Assembly (NCBI RefSeq): GCF_009914755.1
Contig: NC_060942.1
Length of the DNA: 64,000 bases
Reading direction: 5' to 3' (one strand)
From: the human T2T-CHM13v2.0 reference genome, Homo sapiens
The position numbers were made by a program, and so were the translations under genes. The notes beneath the pieces were generated by a model. The model was not told the DNA's origin. It was given only the letters and a program-made list of their open reading frames with translations, and did not search any database. Shown here one piece after another: positions 30,776-45,629 of the stretch. The first letter of the stretch is position 1; each line of letters opens with the position of its first letter.

Positions 30776-31304
30776 TTAACCTTAAGCTACTAAATCTCAC
30801 AGTCCTCAGTTTTCTTGACTGTAAAATGAAGGGATTTACCTAAATTATTTCTATGATCCTTTTCAGCACTGATATACCATTACTATAATTTAGCCACTAA
30901 AATTTGTGTGCAAAGAAGTATGATAGGAAGCTGACTCTGGTAGCACACACCATCAAGATTGTTGGAAGTATAAGGAAAATAAGCTAAAGCAATCTGGGGA
31001 GAACAGGTACTTGCAAAAAGGGCTGTCCTGGTCTGATGACTACTATAGCAAAGATGATTTAATCCTGGCTCTCAGAAAAGTCACTGAAATTGCAATATTG
31101 TAAAAATAAATGTAGAAAGGAAGATTATGTAAAAATTCATGGAAAACACATGACTGATGCTGACAGTCATTGAAAAAAGGTGGGCTTCATGAATTCATTA
31201 ATTCATGCTGACCAGGACATGCTGTCTACTTTGCTGCCAGACCACTGAACTCTAAGGGAGTTCTAATTAGAAAATAGCATATTTTTCATATTAAGAAATT
31301 CCTT

Positions 31305-31529
31305 ATTGAACAATGAGAACATATGGACACAGGAAGGGGAACATCACACACCGGGGACTATTGTGGGGTGGGGGGACGGGGGAGGGATAGCATTAGGAGA
31401 TATACCTAATGCTAAATGACGAGTTAATGGGCGCAGCACACCAACATGGCACATGTATACATATGTAACAAACCTGCACGTTGTGCACATGTACCCTAAA
31501 ACTTAAAGTATAATAATAATTAAAAAAAA
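31305..31529 (+). mobile_element. 5'-truncated young L1PA (PA2-PA4) 3' end with TSD
   Basis: L1 3'UTR with G-tract and A-tail. TSD AAGAAATTCCTT at 31293-31304 and 31530-31541 at a TT/AAGA EN site. Confidence 0.95.
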
Positions 31530-31789
31530 AAGAAATTCCTTGATAGCTCAATGACTTCTAAGAAAATTGAATTCCCCAGGATGTTGATTTGGGGTCTTCC
31601 CAGCACACGTAGTCTGTATACGCCACTGAATAATGAGGGTTCAGTTTTGGGTAAGGAGGGAGGTGTCCAAAAAGATTTTCCAACTAAAAAACTTCCAGTG
31701 GCAGCCACAGGGCATAAGGTAGGCTTTTTGGTGATGGGTTTAGAATGTCTATCTGAGATGCTGCCCTTCATTCTCTACATAGGGTGCAT

Positions 31790-31915
31790 AGAATTCAGAT
31801 GCTCAGAGATGGAAAAGGTCTCAGATATCACCTAATTGAGCCCCTTCACTTTACTAGTAGGGAAAAAGAAGCCCCGAGAAGTGAAATAACTTATGCAAGA
31901 TTACACAACTGGACA
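31790..31915 (-). mobile_element. MIR fragment
   Basis: CTTCACTTTACTAGTAGGGAAAAAGAAGCCCCGAGAAGTGAAATAACTTATGCAAGATTACAC. Confidence 0.65.
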
Positions 31916-32719
31916 ATGAATGACCCTAGAAAAAAATGGGTTGCACAAATTGTTTTTTCTCCACATTTTACAAAAGAATCAAAGTAAAGCCAATGTTCTG
32001 TAAAAAATGCACAAACATACTAATATACCATGATGGGGAAGTTTTTACTTCCTCCAATAACAAAGGCTTCTTTACCATCGAATTCAGTTATAGTCCATAG
32101 ATAATATTAAGTATGAACAGTATACTTTCTTGTCCCTCTGTCGTCTGGAACTTTGCAAATAGACAAATCTTTACCACTATAAAGATATGGCAAAACCCGT
32201 GATCTAGTTAGGGTCTAATGTAATGAATTAAAATAGAGAAGTCCACACTGCTTCTCAATTGGCCAGGTCAGCCCCACACCATAGATCATCTATTCAATGA
32301 AATGGACAAGCAGGAACTGCCCTTGTGAAGTATAATTAGAAAGAAACAGATTTGTCCCTGGTTGACTTGAAGTTCTACTACTGTGTCTTGATGTATTATG
32401 AGGTAAGTATGTTGTGCTAATAATTACCTCTTTTTCCATGAGTAAGCTGTAGCAGCATTGATGTAATAGGTTATGCGATACTATTGAATACCTGAATCTA
32501 CCATTCCCTGGTTTTTATTTCAATGTTGCATAAATCACAAGGTATTGAACTACCTTAATACTCTCTATCCTCTATTAGGGTAATACTCAGTTCATTCACC
32601 GAGTTACTCATTCGATAGTAATATCTCCATCTTGTGGAAGCCACAGCACAATGAAGATTCAAGGAAAACAAAGGCTCAAAGCACATAGTGATGTAGTGTA
32701 AAAATAAACAGCAAGATAA

Positions 32720-33995
32720 AATACTTTCAGGAATCACTGTGTAAGAAAATATTACATATGACAGGTACAGATAAAATAGAACTCCTATGGAGAGTTGTTA
32801 GGAGGGAGATAACATTTTCTCACTGATGGGATGAAGAAAAGTAAATGAATGACTTTCAACATAGGCCTTGAAGAATTGGTGTGATTTGAATGACTGCGCA
32901 GTAGGTATTAGGGTAAATGATATAAAGATATCTTATGCACATAGAATGCACCACAAATGTATAAGGGCTTAAAAATTCAGACTAGTAAAGGAAATTAAGG
33001 TCAGAAAGGCAAGTTGAGGCTGATTTAAAGAGTATTAAAAACTAATTAAAGGAATTTTAACTTTATTCTGTAAGCAATCTAAATTCATTGAAGATTTATG
33101 AGCAGGAGGATATGGTTTGGCTGGGTCCCCACCCAAATCTCACCTTGAATTGTGATAATCCCCACATGTCAAAGGCAGGGCCATGTGGAGATAATTGAAT
33201 CATACTGTTTCCCCCATACTGTTCTCGTGGTAGTGAATAAGTTTCACAAGATCTGATGGTTCTATAAATGGGAATTCCCTGCACAAACTCTCTTGCCTGC
33301 CGCTGTGTAAGATACTTTCCTTATACTTCCAACAGTCTTGACTTTGCTCCACCATCACCTTCTGCCATGATTGTGAGGCCTCCCCAGCCACGTGGAACTG
33401 TGTCAATTAAGCCTCTTTCCTCTATAAATTAACCAGTCTCAGGTATGTCTTTATTAGCAGTATGCGAACAGACTAATACACAGGACATTAAGGTAATTAG
33501 AACTTTTTAAAAAGAAAACTTAATCTGGCACAAGTATGTAAAGAAAAAAGGTGAGGAAGATGTGACGGTAAGAAGTAGACCAGTAAGGAGGCTACTTCAG
33601 TGGTATAGTCTAGAGGTAAAATATGCCAGAGTGAGGAGGAGACTGACGGTAGAATGCTAAGAAGCTGGTGTGAGAAAAGATCAGATGGGAGTAGTGAGAG
33701 AAAAGAGAGCCAAGGCCTATTCTTGGGGAAATTTCCACCAGTAAGATACAAGAGGAAGAACACCTAAGGAGAAAAAGAAGGAGCAGAGGAAAAGCAGAAA
33801 ACTGGAGGGCTTTGGAACCCAAGAAAAAAGAGAGCCAGAAAAAAGGATCAGTAGTGTCAAAGGCCAGGAGAGGTCAAGTAAACGAGGCATTCTCACTGTG
33901 ACTAAGCAGCAATGACAGAGCAAAGGGTCACAAGGAGATGCTGAAAGTGTCCATGCAGAGGATTTGGATGTATTCTTTCCAGAAGTTTGGCTGTG
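32720..33995 (-). mobile_element. L2 fragment interrupted by a THE1 LTR
   Basis: TTTATTCTGTAAGCAAT...GAGCAGGA and GAGAGGTCAAGTAA antisense L2 motifs on both sides of the LTR. Confidence 0.6.
33108..33480 (+). mobile_element. THE1 (B/C-like) solo LTR with 5-bp TSD
   Basis: GATATGGTTTGGCTG...ACAGACTAATACA; TSD CAGGA at 33103-33107 and 33481-33485. Confidence 0.92.
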
Positions 33996-34213
33996 AATAG
34001 TGGTGGTGATATCAATGGGTACAACCTTCTGGAAGAAAATGTGGCCAGCCCACATGCTTAAACTCTTTACACAGGACATGTATACTTTGATCCAGCAATT
34101 TCATTGTAAGGATGGTGGCAAAGATTAAAATATATAATACTGAGGAATTGTTAATTTATAATACATTCATAAAACAATACTATTAATAGATAGGCACTAA
34201 AGTATGTCTTTTA

Positions 34214-34408
34214 GCAAAGTTTAGCACTTTTTCTGCAAAGGCCAAATAGCTTTATGGTACAATCTCCATCACAACTACTCAACTCTGTTGCTAAAACTTT
34301 GGTTTATATGTAAACAAATAAACATGGCTGTGATCTAATAAAACTTGGTTTACAAAAGCAGGTGGCAGGCTACATTTGACCTAAAGGCCATGGTTTGTCA
34401 ACCCCTTT
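34214..34408. mobile_element. MER58A-type hAT MITE
   Basis: CAACTACTCAACTCTG, ATGGCTGTGATCTAATAAAACTT and GGTTTGTCAACCCCT. Confidence 0.7.
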
Positions 34409-34873
34409 CTTTGAAGAATATGTAGTGAGTTGAAGACAATATGACAATTTAAATAATTACAATTAACCATGTGAGAAATGATAGGCTTTCCAAATTAGTG
34501 AAATAAAACATGGCATGTGTGTATGTGTGTATACCAGTCTTTTAAAAAAGTGTATCTTTGAATATTGGCATCACGGTGAATTTTATTTCTCTTTAATGCC
34601 TATTTATATTATCACATTTTCTACAATAACTATTTACTCCTTTTTTGTAATCAGGAAAAATGCTATTTTTATATAAAATTTTGTAGTAAGAAAAGTAAAA
34701 TGAGATTACAACTGAAATGGTACCTTAAATGATGGTTCCAAACTGAAAACCCAGCAGGTCTTCATCGTTGGAAAATTCCATTGATACATGAATTCTGAAT
34801 TAATGGTGCATAACTTTAAAGCCTTCTCCATGAGCTCTGTCTGTTGGGGAATTTGCAGTCTTGGCAAGGCTAA

Positions 34874-35211
<338 letters not shown>

Positions 35212-35810
35212 CAAGATCAAGTTTACAAGGACCATCTTCCTAACAAGGTGAGAAGATAATGTCTATGATAGCATTGGCATTAGTATTTCAGAGGTGTTCA
35301 CACGCCGAACTCCTCCTCCCTACTACCATCCTAAAAACTTTCAGAGCTTTCTTTCTGTTTCTCATTGTTCCATGTTATTCCACGAACTTGCTGCTTTTAA
35401 AGCCTTTGCACATGCTCTTTCCTCTGAGTGGAATAGGGCTTTGCTCTCTCATTTCTTTTTCGAGAAGGTAAAAATTATTTGTTACCTACAAAGGATTAAT
35501 ACAAGATACACGTAAGAGTTAAAGTATAATAATATAAGGAATGCCCGTAAACCCAAGAATTAGATCATTAGTAATAAATAGATTGCTTGTCGTGCTTTAC
35601 TATCCCACCTGGGAAGTAATCACTAGCCTAATAATCCCCTGCTTTTTTTGAATACATACTTTTATCCCATTTGCGTGTATGTTTAACTTGTTGTTTAATT
35701 CTGCTAATTTAAAAAAAATTTCTATAAGCATTGTATCGTATTTATTCTTCTGGGATTTACTTTTTTAGTTAACATCATGTTTCCAAAATTTGGTTGTGTA
35801 TAGTTTAAGG

Positions 35811-35866
35811 TTCTACATTTTTACTGTTGTATATTATTCTACATTTTTACTGTTGTATATTATTCT
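35811..35866. repeat. Tandem duplication, period 26
   Basis: TTCTACATTTTTACTGTTGTATATTA twice. Confidence 0.95.
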
Positions 35867-36269
35867 TTGTGTAAAAAGAGTGTTGATGGTTTATTTAGTC
35901 TCTTTTTCATGGCTATTGGAATGTTTGAGTTTTTATTACTCAAATATTGTTCTCATGAGCATTCTTGTGTATGTCTCTTGGGTATTACTCCATGAGCAGA
36001 ATTACTGGATTATAGGATATTTGTTTTAATTTCTTTCATAACGTTAGGGTGAATCAGACTTTCTGTTTCTTTTGAATCTGTTTTGGTAAATTATATTTTT
36101 CTATGCATTTGTCCATTTTCAAGTTTCCAGATCTATTGGCATGAAGTTGTCCATAGTGTTCTCCTGTTACCTTTATCTGCCATTATCTGTCTTTATTGTT
36201 TTTTAAATTTTAATCAGGCCTAACTGGCATACAGTAAACCACACATATTTAAAGCGTCTAATTTGCTGG

Positions 36270-36725
36270 GGGTGGCAACCATGGGGATGTGCTTCTCACA
36301 TCTTCTACTGCTAGGAAAGTGAGCGAATGAGGACACCAACACTGGGCTCTGAATCCATTGCTGTGTTTGTGCCAGGGCCACAGTTCCCCAAGGCTGCTTC
36401 TTCCACCCAGGGACCAAGTGCAGTAGGGAACTGAGATAGGCCCATTCCTGCAAGAGGCAGCACTCTCCATCAGCCTTGCCAACCTTTCTTAGAGCTCCAC
36501 TCGAGTCCATGACCTTCCTGTCTTCCATCCTGCTTTCTTCATGTTTCTCTCCCCCACACTTGGGTCAGTTCTGCCACCTGTCTGCAGGCTCTCCCAGCCT
36601 TCCCTGGATGTTTCCTCCAACTCCCTTGCAGTATATTACCCCAGTAGATCTCTCATGATCTGGTCCTGTCATGGTATCTGTCTGCTTCTGTCATGATATC
36701 TGCTTCTTGAGGACTCCACTTGACA
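36270..36725 (+). mobile_element. ERVL LTR (LTR33-like) nested in L1M
   Basis: GTGGCAACCATGGGGATGTGC...ATCTGCTTCTTGAGGACTCCACTTGACA; a GC-richer block inside the L1 3' end. Confidence 0.6.
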
Positions 36726-37825
36726 CCGACACAAGTACACTCTATGAAAGCATCACCACTCTCGAAACAATGAGCACATCTATCAGCCATTGTTTCCCAA
36801 AGTCTCTTTTTGCCCCTTTGTAATCCATCCTTTCTTCTACCCTGTCATCATGCAACAATGGATCTAATTTCTGCCACTATAGATTAATTTCCATCCACTG
36901 GTAGTTCATAGAAATGAAATCATACAATCTGTGCCCTTTTAAAAATATGGTTTTAAAAATTCAGCATAATTATTTTGAGATTCATTTACATTGTTGCCAT
37001 CTATCAATCATTAATTCCTTTTTACTGCTGAGTGGCATTTTACTGTATAGATATGCCACAACTTGTTTATCCATTGTTATCCATTATCTAGTTTGCTTAT
37101 TATATAAAAATCTCTTGATGGAGATTAATGTTGTGTTCCATTTTCAATAATCATGATGAAAGTTATGATAATGGAAACTAAACTGAAGTTAGTTAGTTTA
37201 AAGTGAAACTAATAAAAGTTAAATTGAAACTGAAGTTGCTAAGAAAATTCATATATAAGTCTTTGTATAGTTTTTATCTTTCTTGGACAAACACCTAGAA
37301 ATGGAATGAACAGCTGGAGCATATGAGAGATGTATGTTTAATTTTTTAAGAAACTGAAAAGCTTTTTTCTAAAGTGTTTTTAAATGTTTTTTGTGCCTTT
37401 TCTCTCTTACGTTACATAAAAAAATAACTTTTGACTTTGTTGATTCTCAGTACTATTTCTTTCTTTTTACTACAGATTTCTTTCTTATTTCATTGATTGC
37501 TTCTCTAATATTTACTATCTCCTAGCTTGATTTTCTGCCTTATTATTTGCTAATACAAGAATTTAAGACCTGGAATTTATCTATCTCTAAGTGTACTTTC
37601 ATGGAATTCCATACGTAGTGTTTTCTGATTTCCAATTATTTTAAAACTTATGTTGTGATTTAGGTTTTGACCTATTAATTTTTGAGAAGTGTGGTTGTAT
37701 TTATGAACTGTACAGGAAAGGTGTATTTATCATTTTGTTCTGATATATATATATATATATATATGAAATTGCACTCTGGCCAAAGAACATGGCCTCTGTG
37801 ATACTGATTCTTCAGAAATTTTTGT

Positions 37826-37956
37826 GGTTGGGCATGGTGGCTCATGCCTGTAATCCCAACATGTTGGGAGGCCAAGGCAGGAGGATCCCTTAAGCTCAGG
37901 AGTTCAAGACCAACCTTGGTAACATGGTGAAACCCCGTCTCTACAAAAAAATACAA
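37826..37956 (+). mobile_element. FLAM/free left Alu monomer
   Basis: Single monomer ending CTCTACAAAAAAATACAA. Confidence 0.85.
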
Positions 37957-37994
37957 GTTTTTGCAATTTGAATTATGACCAAGCACATGATCAA

Positions 37995-38289
<295 letters not shown>

Positions 38290-40175
38290 TGATCTATATT
38301 GAGAAATGTAATATGTTTATATGAGAAGAAGATACATTCTTTGTTTTTCTTCATATCTACTAAATCAATATTTTTTTATGTTGGGTCTTTTCGATTTTTA
38401 TAACCATTTTATTGGCCTATTGATAAGTGAGAACTCTTTGTGTTCCTATTTATTTTTGCTCTACAAATTTTCTGACTATTCTATTCATGACGTAGAACTT
38501 TCTCTTCTTGATCAATAGATCTTGAGATTATACATGTCATCCTAAGACATAATGATACACTAAACTTTTCATCAGCATATAGTCATCTTCTATATTCCTA
38601 TAATGTTTCTATCTTAATGTCTCTTTAATCTGATACTAACAAGCCATATCAGCTTTATTTTGGTTAGTATTTGACTGGTTTATATTTTACTTTATTTTGT
38701 TTTTGTTCATTCAAAATACCTGTGTTCTTATGCTTTAAGCAATATCTCTTGTTGATGATATAGAGCTGTATCCTTTTTTTAAAAAAATCAAATCTGATAA
38801 TCTTTGTCCTTAAAATGGTGAGTTTAGTATGTTTATTACTATGGATATTGATCTATTTGTACTTGTTTCTTTTGTGTTACTTTTGCTTTGTAATTGTATG
38901 ACTTTTTCTAAGCTGATGCATTTTAAGGAATTGTTGAAGTTTATTGCATTTATGTTTATCTAATTTTATTTATTCCTGTCATTTGATTGAATGCATTCAG
39001 TGTAGATTTTACTCTTTCAGTGATTACCCTCAAAATTTTATCATGCATATTCTCTTTAAAAATTTGAATAAACCTAAACATCTCTTATCCTTCCAAACAA
39101 TAAAATATCTGTGGAATAATTTAATTTGCAAAACTCCCTTTCTATTTGCATGCGATTTAATTCTTCTTTCTTAGCTCCACAAATTAGACTTCATTGTCTG
39201 CTTTTCCCCCCATGAATATACAGCATAATTATAATTTAATTTGCCTATCATTCTTTATTGTATCTCTGATGTTCTCCTTGAATTATTTACCTATTTATGA
39301 TCCTTTAGAAATTATCTTATATGGTTCTCTTTGTGTTATCACATGTGGGTGTTTATACACCCACATTTTTAAATCTGTAAAAGTCTTTGCCTCACCCTTA
39401 TTCTTAAAGGATTTTTTTTTTCTGGATATTCGATTCTGCATTGATCTTACTGTCATTTGACTTCCACAGATGCTGTAGAGGAATCTGATCTAATTTTAAT
39501 TTCTTCATAGGTGATCTGTATGTTCCCCCCACTTTTAAGAGCTTCTGTCTTTGATGTTAAGTAGTTTCACTATGATGATTCTAGCTGTGAATTTTTATTG
39601 TTATTGTTATTGCCATATATCCTGCTTAGTGTATGTTGTGTTTTCTAGATCCATACAGATTCTTTTTAAGCTTTGAAAATTTAGATCCATTATCAAATTA
39701 AATGTCGCTTCTCCACTTTCTTTAATCTTTAATTTTGGGCTTTTCACTAGATGTATTTTTGAGTTTCTTATTCTAGCCTCTATATCTCTTAATGTCTCTC
39801 ATTTTCTACATCCTTATCTCTCTATATTGCATTCTGGATAATTTCTAATGATATATATTTCAACTCATGTAGTCTCTCTTCAGCTAAATCTACTATGTTA
39901 TTAGGTTGATGGATGTAGATATTATTTCAACAAGTATCTTTTTATTCTATGAAACACCATTTTTCCTCAAATGCATGATTATTCCTGGATTATTTTTGCT
40001 TCATTGGTCCGTTTATCATCATATTCCTTATTTTTTTAAGCATGAAATACACAGCTCTTCTGTATTCTGCACCTAGTTGTTTCAAATCTCAGTACTTGAT
40101 CATTTAAATATGGTATTTTGAACATTTGAGTGATTCTCTCTTATTGTGGCTTTTTTGTACATTTGGTGATATTTA

Positions 40176-41128
40176 TTTTTATTTTTGTTTTAAGTTCTGG
40201 GGTACATGTGTAGGATGTACAGGTTTGTTGCATAGGTAAATGTGTGCCATGGTGGTTTGCTACACCTATCAACACATCACCTAGGTATTAAGCCCAGCAT
40301 GCATTAGCTATTTTTCCTAATGCTCTCCCTCCCCTCACCCACCCCACAAGATGCCCCAGTGTGTGTTGTTCCCCTCCCTGTGTCCATGTGTCCTCATTGT
40401 TCAGCTCCCACTTATAAGTGAGAACATGCAGGGTTTGGTTTTCTGTTCCTGAATTAGTTTGCTGAGGATAATGGCTTCCAGCTCTACCCATGTACATGCA
40501 AAGGACATTATCTCATTCCTTTTTATGGCTGCATAGTATTCCATGGTGTGTATGTACCACATTTTCTTTATCCAGTCTATCATTGATTGGCATTTTGGTT
40601 TATTCCATGTCTTTGCTATTGTGAATGGTGCTGCAATGAATATACGTGTGCATGTATCTTTATAATAGAATGATTTATATTCCTTTGGGTATATACCCAG
40701 TAATGGGATTGCTGGGTCAAATGGCATTTCTGGTTCTAGATCTTTGAGGAATCCTCACACTGTCTTCCACAATGGTTGAACTAATTTACCTTCCCACCAG
40801 CAGTGTAAAAGCATTCCTATTTCTCCACAACCTCGCCAGCATCCGTTGTTTCTACACTTTTTGATAATTGCCATTCTGAATGGCAGGAGATGGTATCTCA
40901 TTATGGTTTTGATTTGCATTTCTCTAATGATTAGTGATGTTGAGCTTTTTTTGTTTGTTGGCTGCATGAATGTCTTCTTTTGAGAAGTGTCTGTTCATGT
41001 CCTTTGCCCACTTTTTATTGGGTTTGTTTTTTTTTCTTATAAATTTGTTCAAGTTCCTTGTAGATTCTGGGTACTAGACCTTTGTCAGATGCATAGATTG
41101 CAAAAATTTTCTCCCAACCTGTAGTTTG
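40176..41128 (-). mobile_element. 5'-truncated L1PA (PA8-PA11 age) with 16-bp TSD
   Basis: ORF2 C-terminal homology ([16 protein letters not shown]; DPAIPLLGIYPK). TSD CATTTGGTGATATTTA at 40160-40175 and 41129-41144. Confidence 0.93.
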
Positions 41129-41879
41129 CATTTGGTGATATTTAATTGTGTATTAATACTTGATTTTAGTTATTGGGAGTACTGAGTTTCTAAGTTGGGA
41201 ATTGGAAAGAATTCCTCCAGAGAGAATTTTTTCCTGTCAAAAGAAGGACTTCAAACCAACACCTATCCCCAGGATACCTTCATGCATATTGCAGATGACC
41301 TAAAGACCAGTTTGCAGAGAGAAGAAATGCTTTGAGCAACCTCAAAGAAATGCTTTGAGCCTGGGGTAACCCTGCCCTTTCCAGGCACCCATTCCTGTCA
41401 CTTGCCTACGGGCTGCTCCTTATTATCCTGGCATGGGCTTATGTAATTAGTTTTGTGTTTCTTATTTGTTTCATATTCAACAAATATGATATCCATGGGA
41501 TATCCATGGAGACTTCTTTGGTCACCTGTGAGAACACTGCTATATCAGAGAGAGAGAGAGAGAGTGTGCTTGCATGAGATAGTGTGTGTTTTAAGGTTTT
41601 TGTTCCTGATAGTAAAGTGGAAGTTGAATACCATTATTACAGTTTAACTGCAGATTAATAAATCATAACTAAATTTTAAAAATGAAATTGAAAGGAATAG
41701 AAAAAATTAGTGTGGATTGCAGGTAGTAAGGGCTATAGTGTCATTGTTAGAAAGTTTTGTTTAAATTTTATATATGTATATGTTTGCATGGGTATGATAA
41801 TTTAAAATATTTGGTATATATTTGTGGTTACAAGAAGGTTTGCAAGCTATTGGTTCAGAAGTCTTCCTCTTTTGCCTTC

Positions 41880-42207
41880 CTTTTTTCACCTAATTAACTC
41901 TCTCCCATCTTTTAAATGTCAGCTCAGATGTTACTTGCTAAGGAAAGCCTTCATCATACTCTGATAGATTTGGTTCTATTGTCAATTGCTTTCAAGAGTC
42001 ATTTCCCTTTACTTTCAAGACTTCACCTCAGGTTGTAATTGAAATTTCACAGTGATATTGTTTGATAGATGTCTGTCTCCCACAGCAGACTGTGGGCTCC
42101 ATGAAAGTAGACTGTCCATAGCTTTGTTCATCCTCATATTCTCAGTGCCTAACACAATAGTTGAAACATAGTAGGCACTTAATAAATATGTTTTAAATAA
42201 ATGAATG
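41880..42207 (+). mobile_element. L2 3' end
   Basis: AGACTGTGGGCTCCATGAAAG...CATAGTAGGCACTTAATAAATATGTTTTAAATAAATGAATG. Confidence 0.8.
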
Positions 42208-42462
42208 TATCTTCTCATGAAATCTTCCCATATGATCTCATTTTAGTGATACCAGCAATATTGGAACACCCCATGGGGTATGATGAGCAGACTGAGGGCA
42301 TCTTCTTTCACTAGATGTGCAAGCTCTTCTGTGAATTAACTCTTTAAACCACAAAAGCACATTCCTAGTTTTCAGAAAACTGGGACATGATTGAACACAG
42401 TTGGGATAAAAGGGCTTCCCCTATTGAAACTCACAGCAGCTCAAAGTAAAATTTGACAATTC

Positions 42463-42806
<344 letters not shown>

Positions 42807-43066
42807 TGAATGCCAGGTACACTAAATGGTAGAAATATGAACTGGGGTCTTCCCAGAAACTTTCTGCTACAACTTCTTGTGAAGGCAAGAGAAGGCTTAG
42901 CTGTAAAGAAGCAATAAGGCATATTCACTACATATCTTTTAGCAATTATTCTGCAATCATGAAAATTCTGAAGAATACCAAATAACTTCAACACCTTTAA
43001 CAAAGAATTCAGTGAAGATGAAAGTGTTTTGGAAAGTAGATTAACTAATTATTGATATACCATAAC

Positions 43067-43761
43067 TGTTACAGTAGATAGCGAGTCAGGCATGAGCGGG
43101 GCAGGAGAGCCTCTGCCTCCCTAGGAATATCAGGCAACCATCAGGTGATGGCCAAGCAGTTATTACACTGCTTCTCTAAAATAATAATTGGTCACTGCTA
43201 GTGCGAGGGAAAGGCAGTCTCCCAGTAGAAAAACCTGAAACTGATGGTCAATAGGTTCCTGATAAGATCTCAGGAGTTGGGCGAGTGGGCTCAAGCATGC
43301 ACATTAAGAGGTAAAGTGACGGAGTTGAACTGTTCCTCGTAGGAACATTCAGCTGGTAAGGGAAGAACGCCTCAAGTGAGTATGCATACAACTCCAGTAA
43401 ACACACTGTGCATAGGGCCCCTCCCAAGTGCTAGCAGGCCACTGTGCATGCAGACAGCCCACCCCAAGGCAAGAATCAGGGGAGAAAGGAAACAAGACCC
43501 CAGAAGTATGCCAACATATAAAACCCCAAGTCAGAGGTCAAACTGTGCACTTGATCTCCCAAGCCACCTGCTTGGCCCTCTTCCAAGTGTACTTAGCTTC
43601 CTTTCATCCCTGCCCTAAAACGTTTTAATAAACTTTCACTCCTGCTCTAAAACTTGCCTTGGTCTGTCACTCTGCCTTATGACCCCTCGGTTGAATTCTT
43701 TCTTCTGAGGAGGCAAGAATTGGGGCTGATGCAGACCTGTATGGATTCACCACCGCTAACA
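43067..43761 (+). mobile_element. ERV1 solo LTR (MER50-like) with 4-bp TSD
   Basis: TG...CA ends, TSD TAAC, TATA-like CATATAAAA near 43515 and AATAAA near 43627. Confidence 0.85.
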
Positions 43762-43811
43762 TAACCATATTCATTTTCCATCATGTTTTTATGACAACTA
43801 AAAGCTATATT

Positions 43812-43856
<45 letters not shown>
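43812..43856. repeat. (ATG)15 microsatellite
   Basis: Pure trinucleotide run. Confidence 0.97.
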
Positions 43857-43858
<2 letters not shown>

Positions 43859-44579
43859 GTTCCTCAAAATGGGGCTTTGTTATGTAAATAATGAAAAAGT
43901 CACTGATGGCAACTGATGAGATTATTTGTGGCCATTTTTTGGTCTTCATTTTCATAGACTTTAGAGAATGTGTTTTCAAGATATTCTCAAGGTGACCTTT
44001 CCTTGGTAGAGCATACCTTGCATGCCATTAAATATACAGACAAACTGGGTATGACTCCTTCAGTCTGGTTAGGAATTTTTGTGTAGAGCTCTCCTGTCTA
44101 TGTACATTTCCTGGACTCTACTTAGCCTATTGGCAAAGGTGCTCTACGCTATGTGTTTAAAAGCATTTATATTAGATGACACTGCTTTAATTTATATTAC
44201 ATATAGTGAGGCAAAGTCCATGTTAAGTCCTTTCCTTGTGCCATTATAAATGTTTAATTTGGTTCAGGACAGGAAGGCTACCGAAGTTATATCCAAACAA
44301 AGCATATGATGTATTACAAGGGAAGTCTGATGTGATGAGGATACCACCTTGGTCATTTTAAAAAAATGCTAGTTACATTAGAAAGCATAAGACATACACT
44401 TTAAATCTTTTACCTCAACTTAAAATAGATAAATGTTAACTTATTTGTCACTCTTTTACAATGAGGACAAGTTCTTTCCTTTGAGTGTGTATGAGTATCA
44501 AGTGTCTATAATTTCTAGTTTTAGTTCTGTTAAGTGGAGCAAGAACACAAAACCCTTGCAAAGCCATCTGAATACATAA

Positions 44580-44920
<341 letters not shown>

Positions 44921-45629
44921 TGATTTGGCAACAATTTATTTTAGCGAATCATCTTTATCTAGTTGTTACAAAGCATTACATTTATTTTTCTTAGAAATAG
45001 TAACTCTCTTTTGCACTCATATCTTATCAGTATAAACACCTTTCAATTCAATTATATAGTTACACTAAAAATACATCCAACACTAACAGCTTTGGTACTA
45101 TACGCTAATGAATCTTGGTTTACGTGTAACTCAAATAGAGTGGAAGAACACGGACATGCTTGGGAGTAAACACTAGCCTTCTACATGTGTGGACATCAGT
45201 CAGCATGTTTTGTTGAGTAGATTGGAGTAAGTCGGTTAAAATGAGGAGCATTGGGACTGGGGGTGAGGCAAAAGTGATGGCAATGATGATTTATTGAAGC
45301 TTCTTTAAAAGAGCTTTACTCTATCTACAAATATGAATTATTCTCAGTGTTGATACAAATAACATAGTCACACAAGATGTTGAATATATTGTGGAATTCA
45401 AATATTTAAAAGAACGGTGGGGCTGGTAAGAAATGCATTTGCAATGTAGTATAATGTAGTATAGTTTCATCTCATATCTTTTTCTTAGATGAGTCATGTT
45501 ACTTGGTGTTATTATTCTAAGCATTTGATCACCCCAGGTCATGAAAAGCATGACACACTTGTTTTGAGACAGAAAATTTCTCTTACTACATGAATCCAGA
45601 AAGCACATGATTCACATTTTATATGCCTT

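Noticed and set aside
43677-43979. ORF with a poly-His run
   Set aside because: The His tract is just the (ATG)n microsatellite read antisense.
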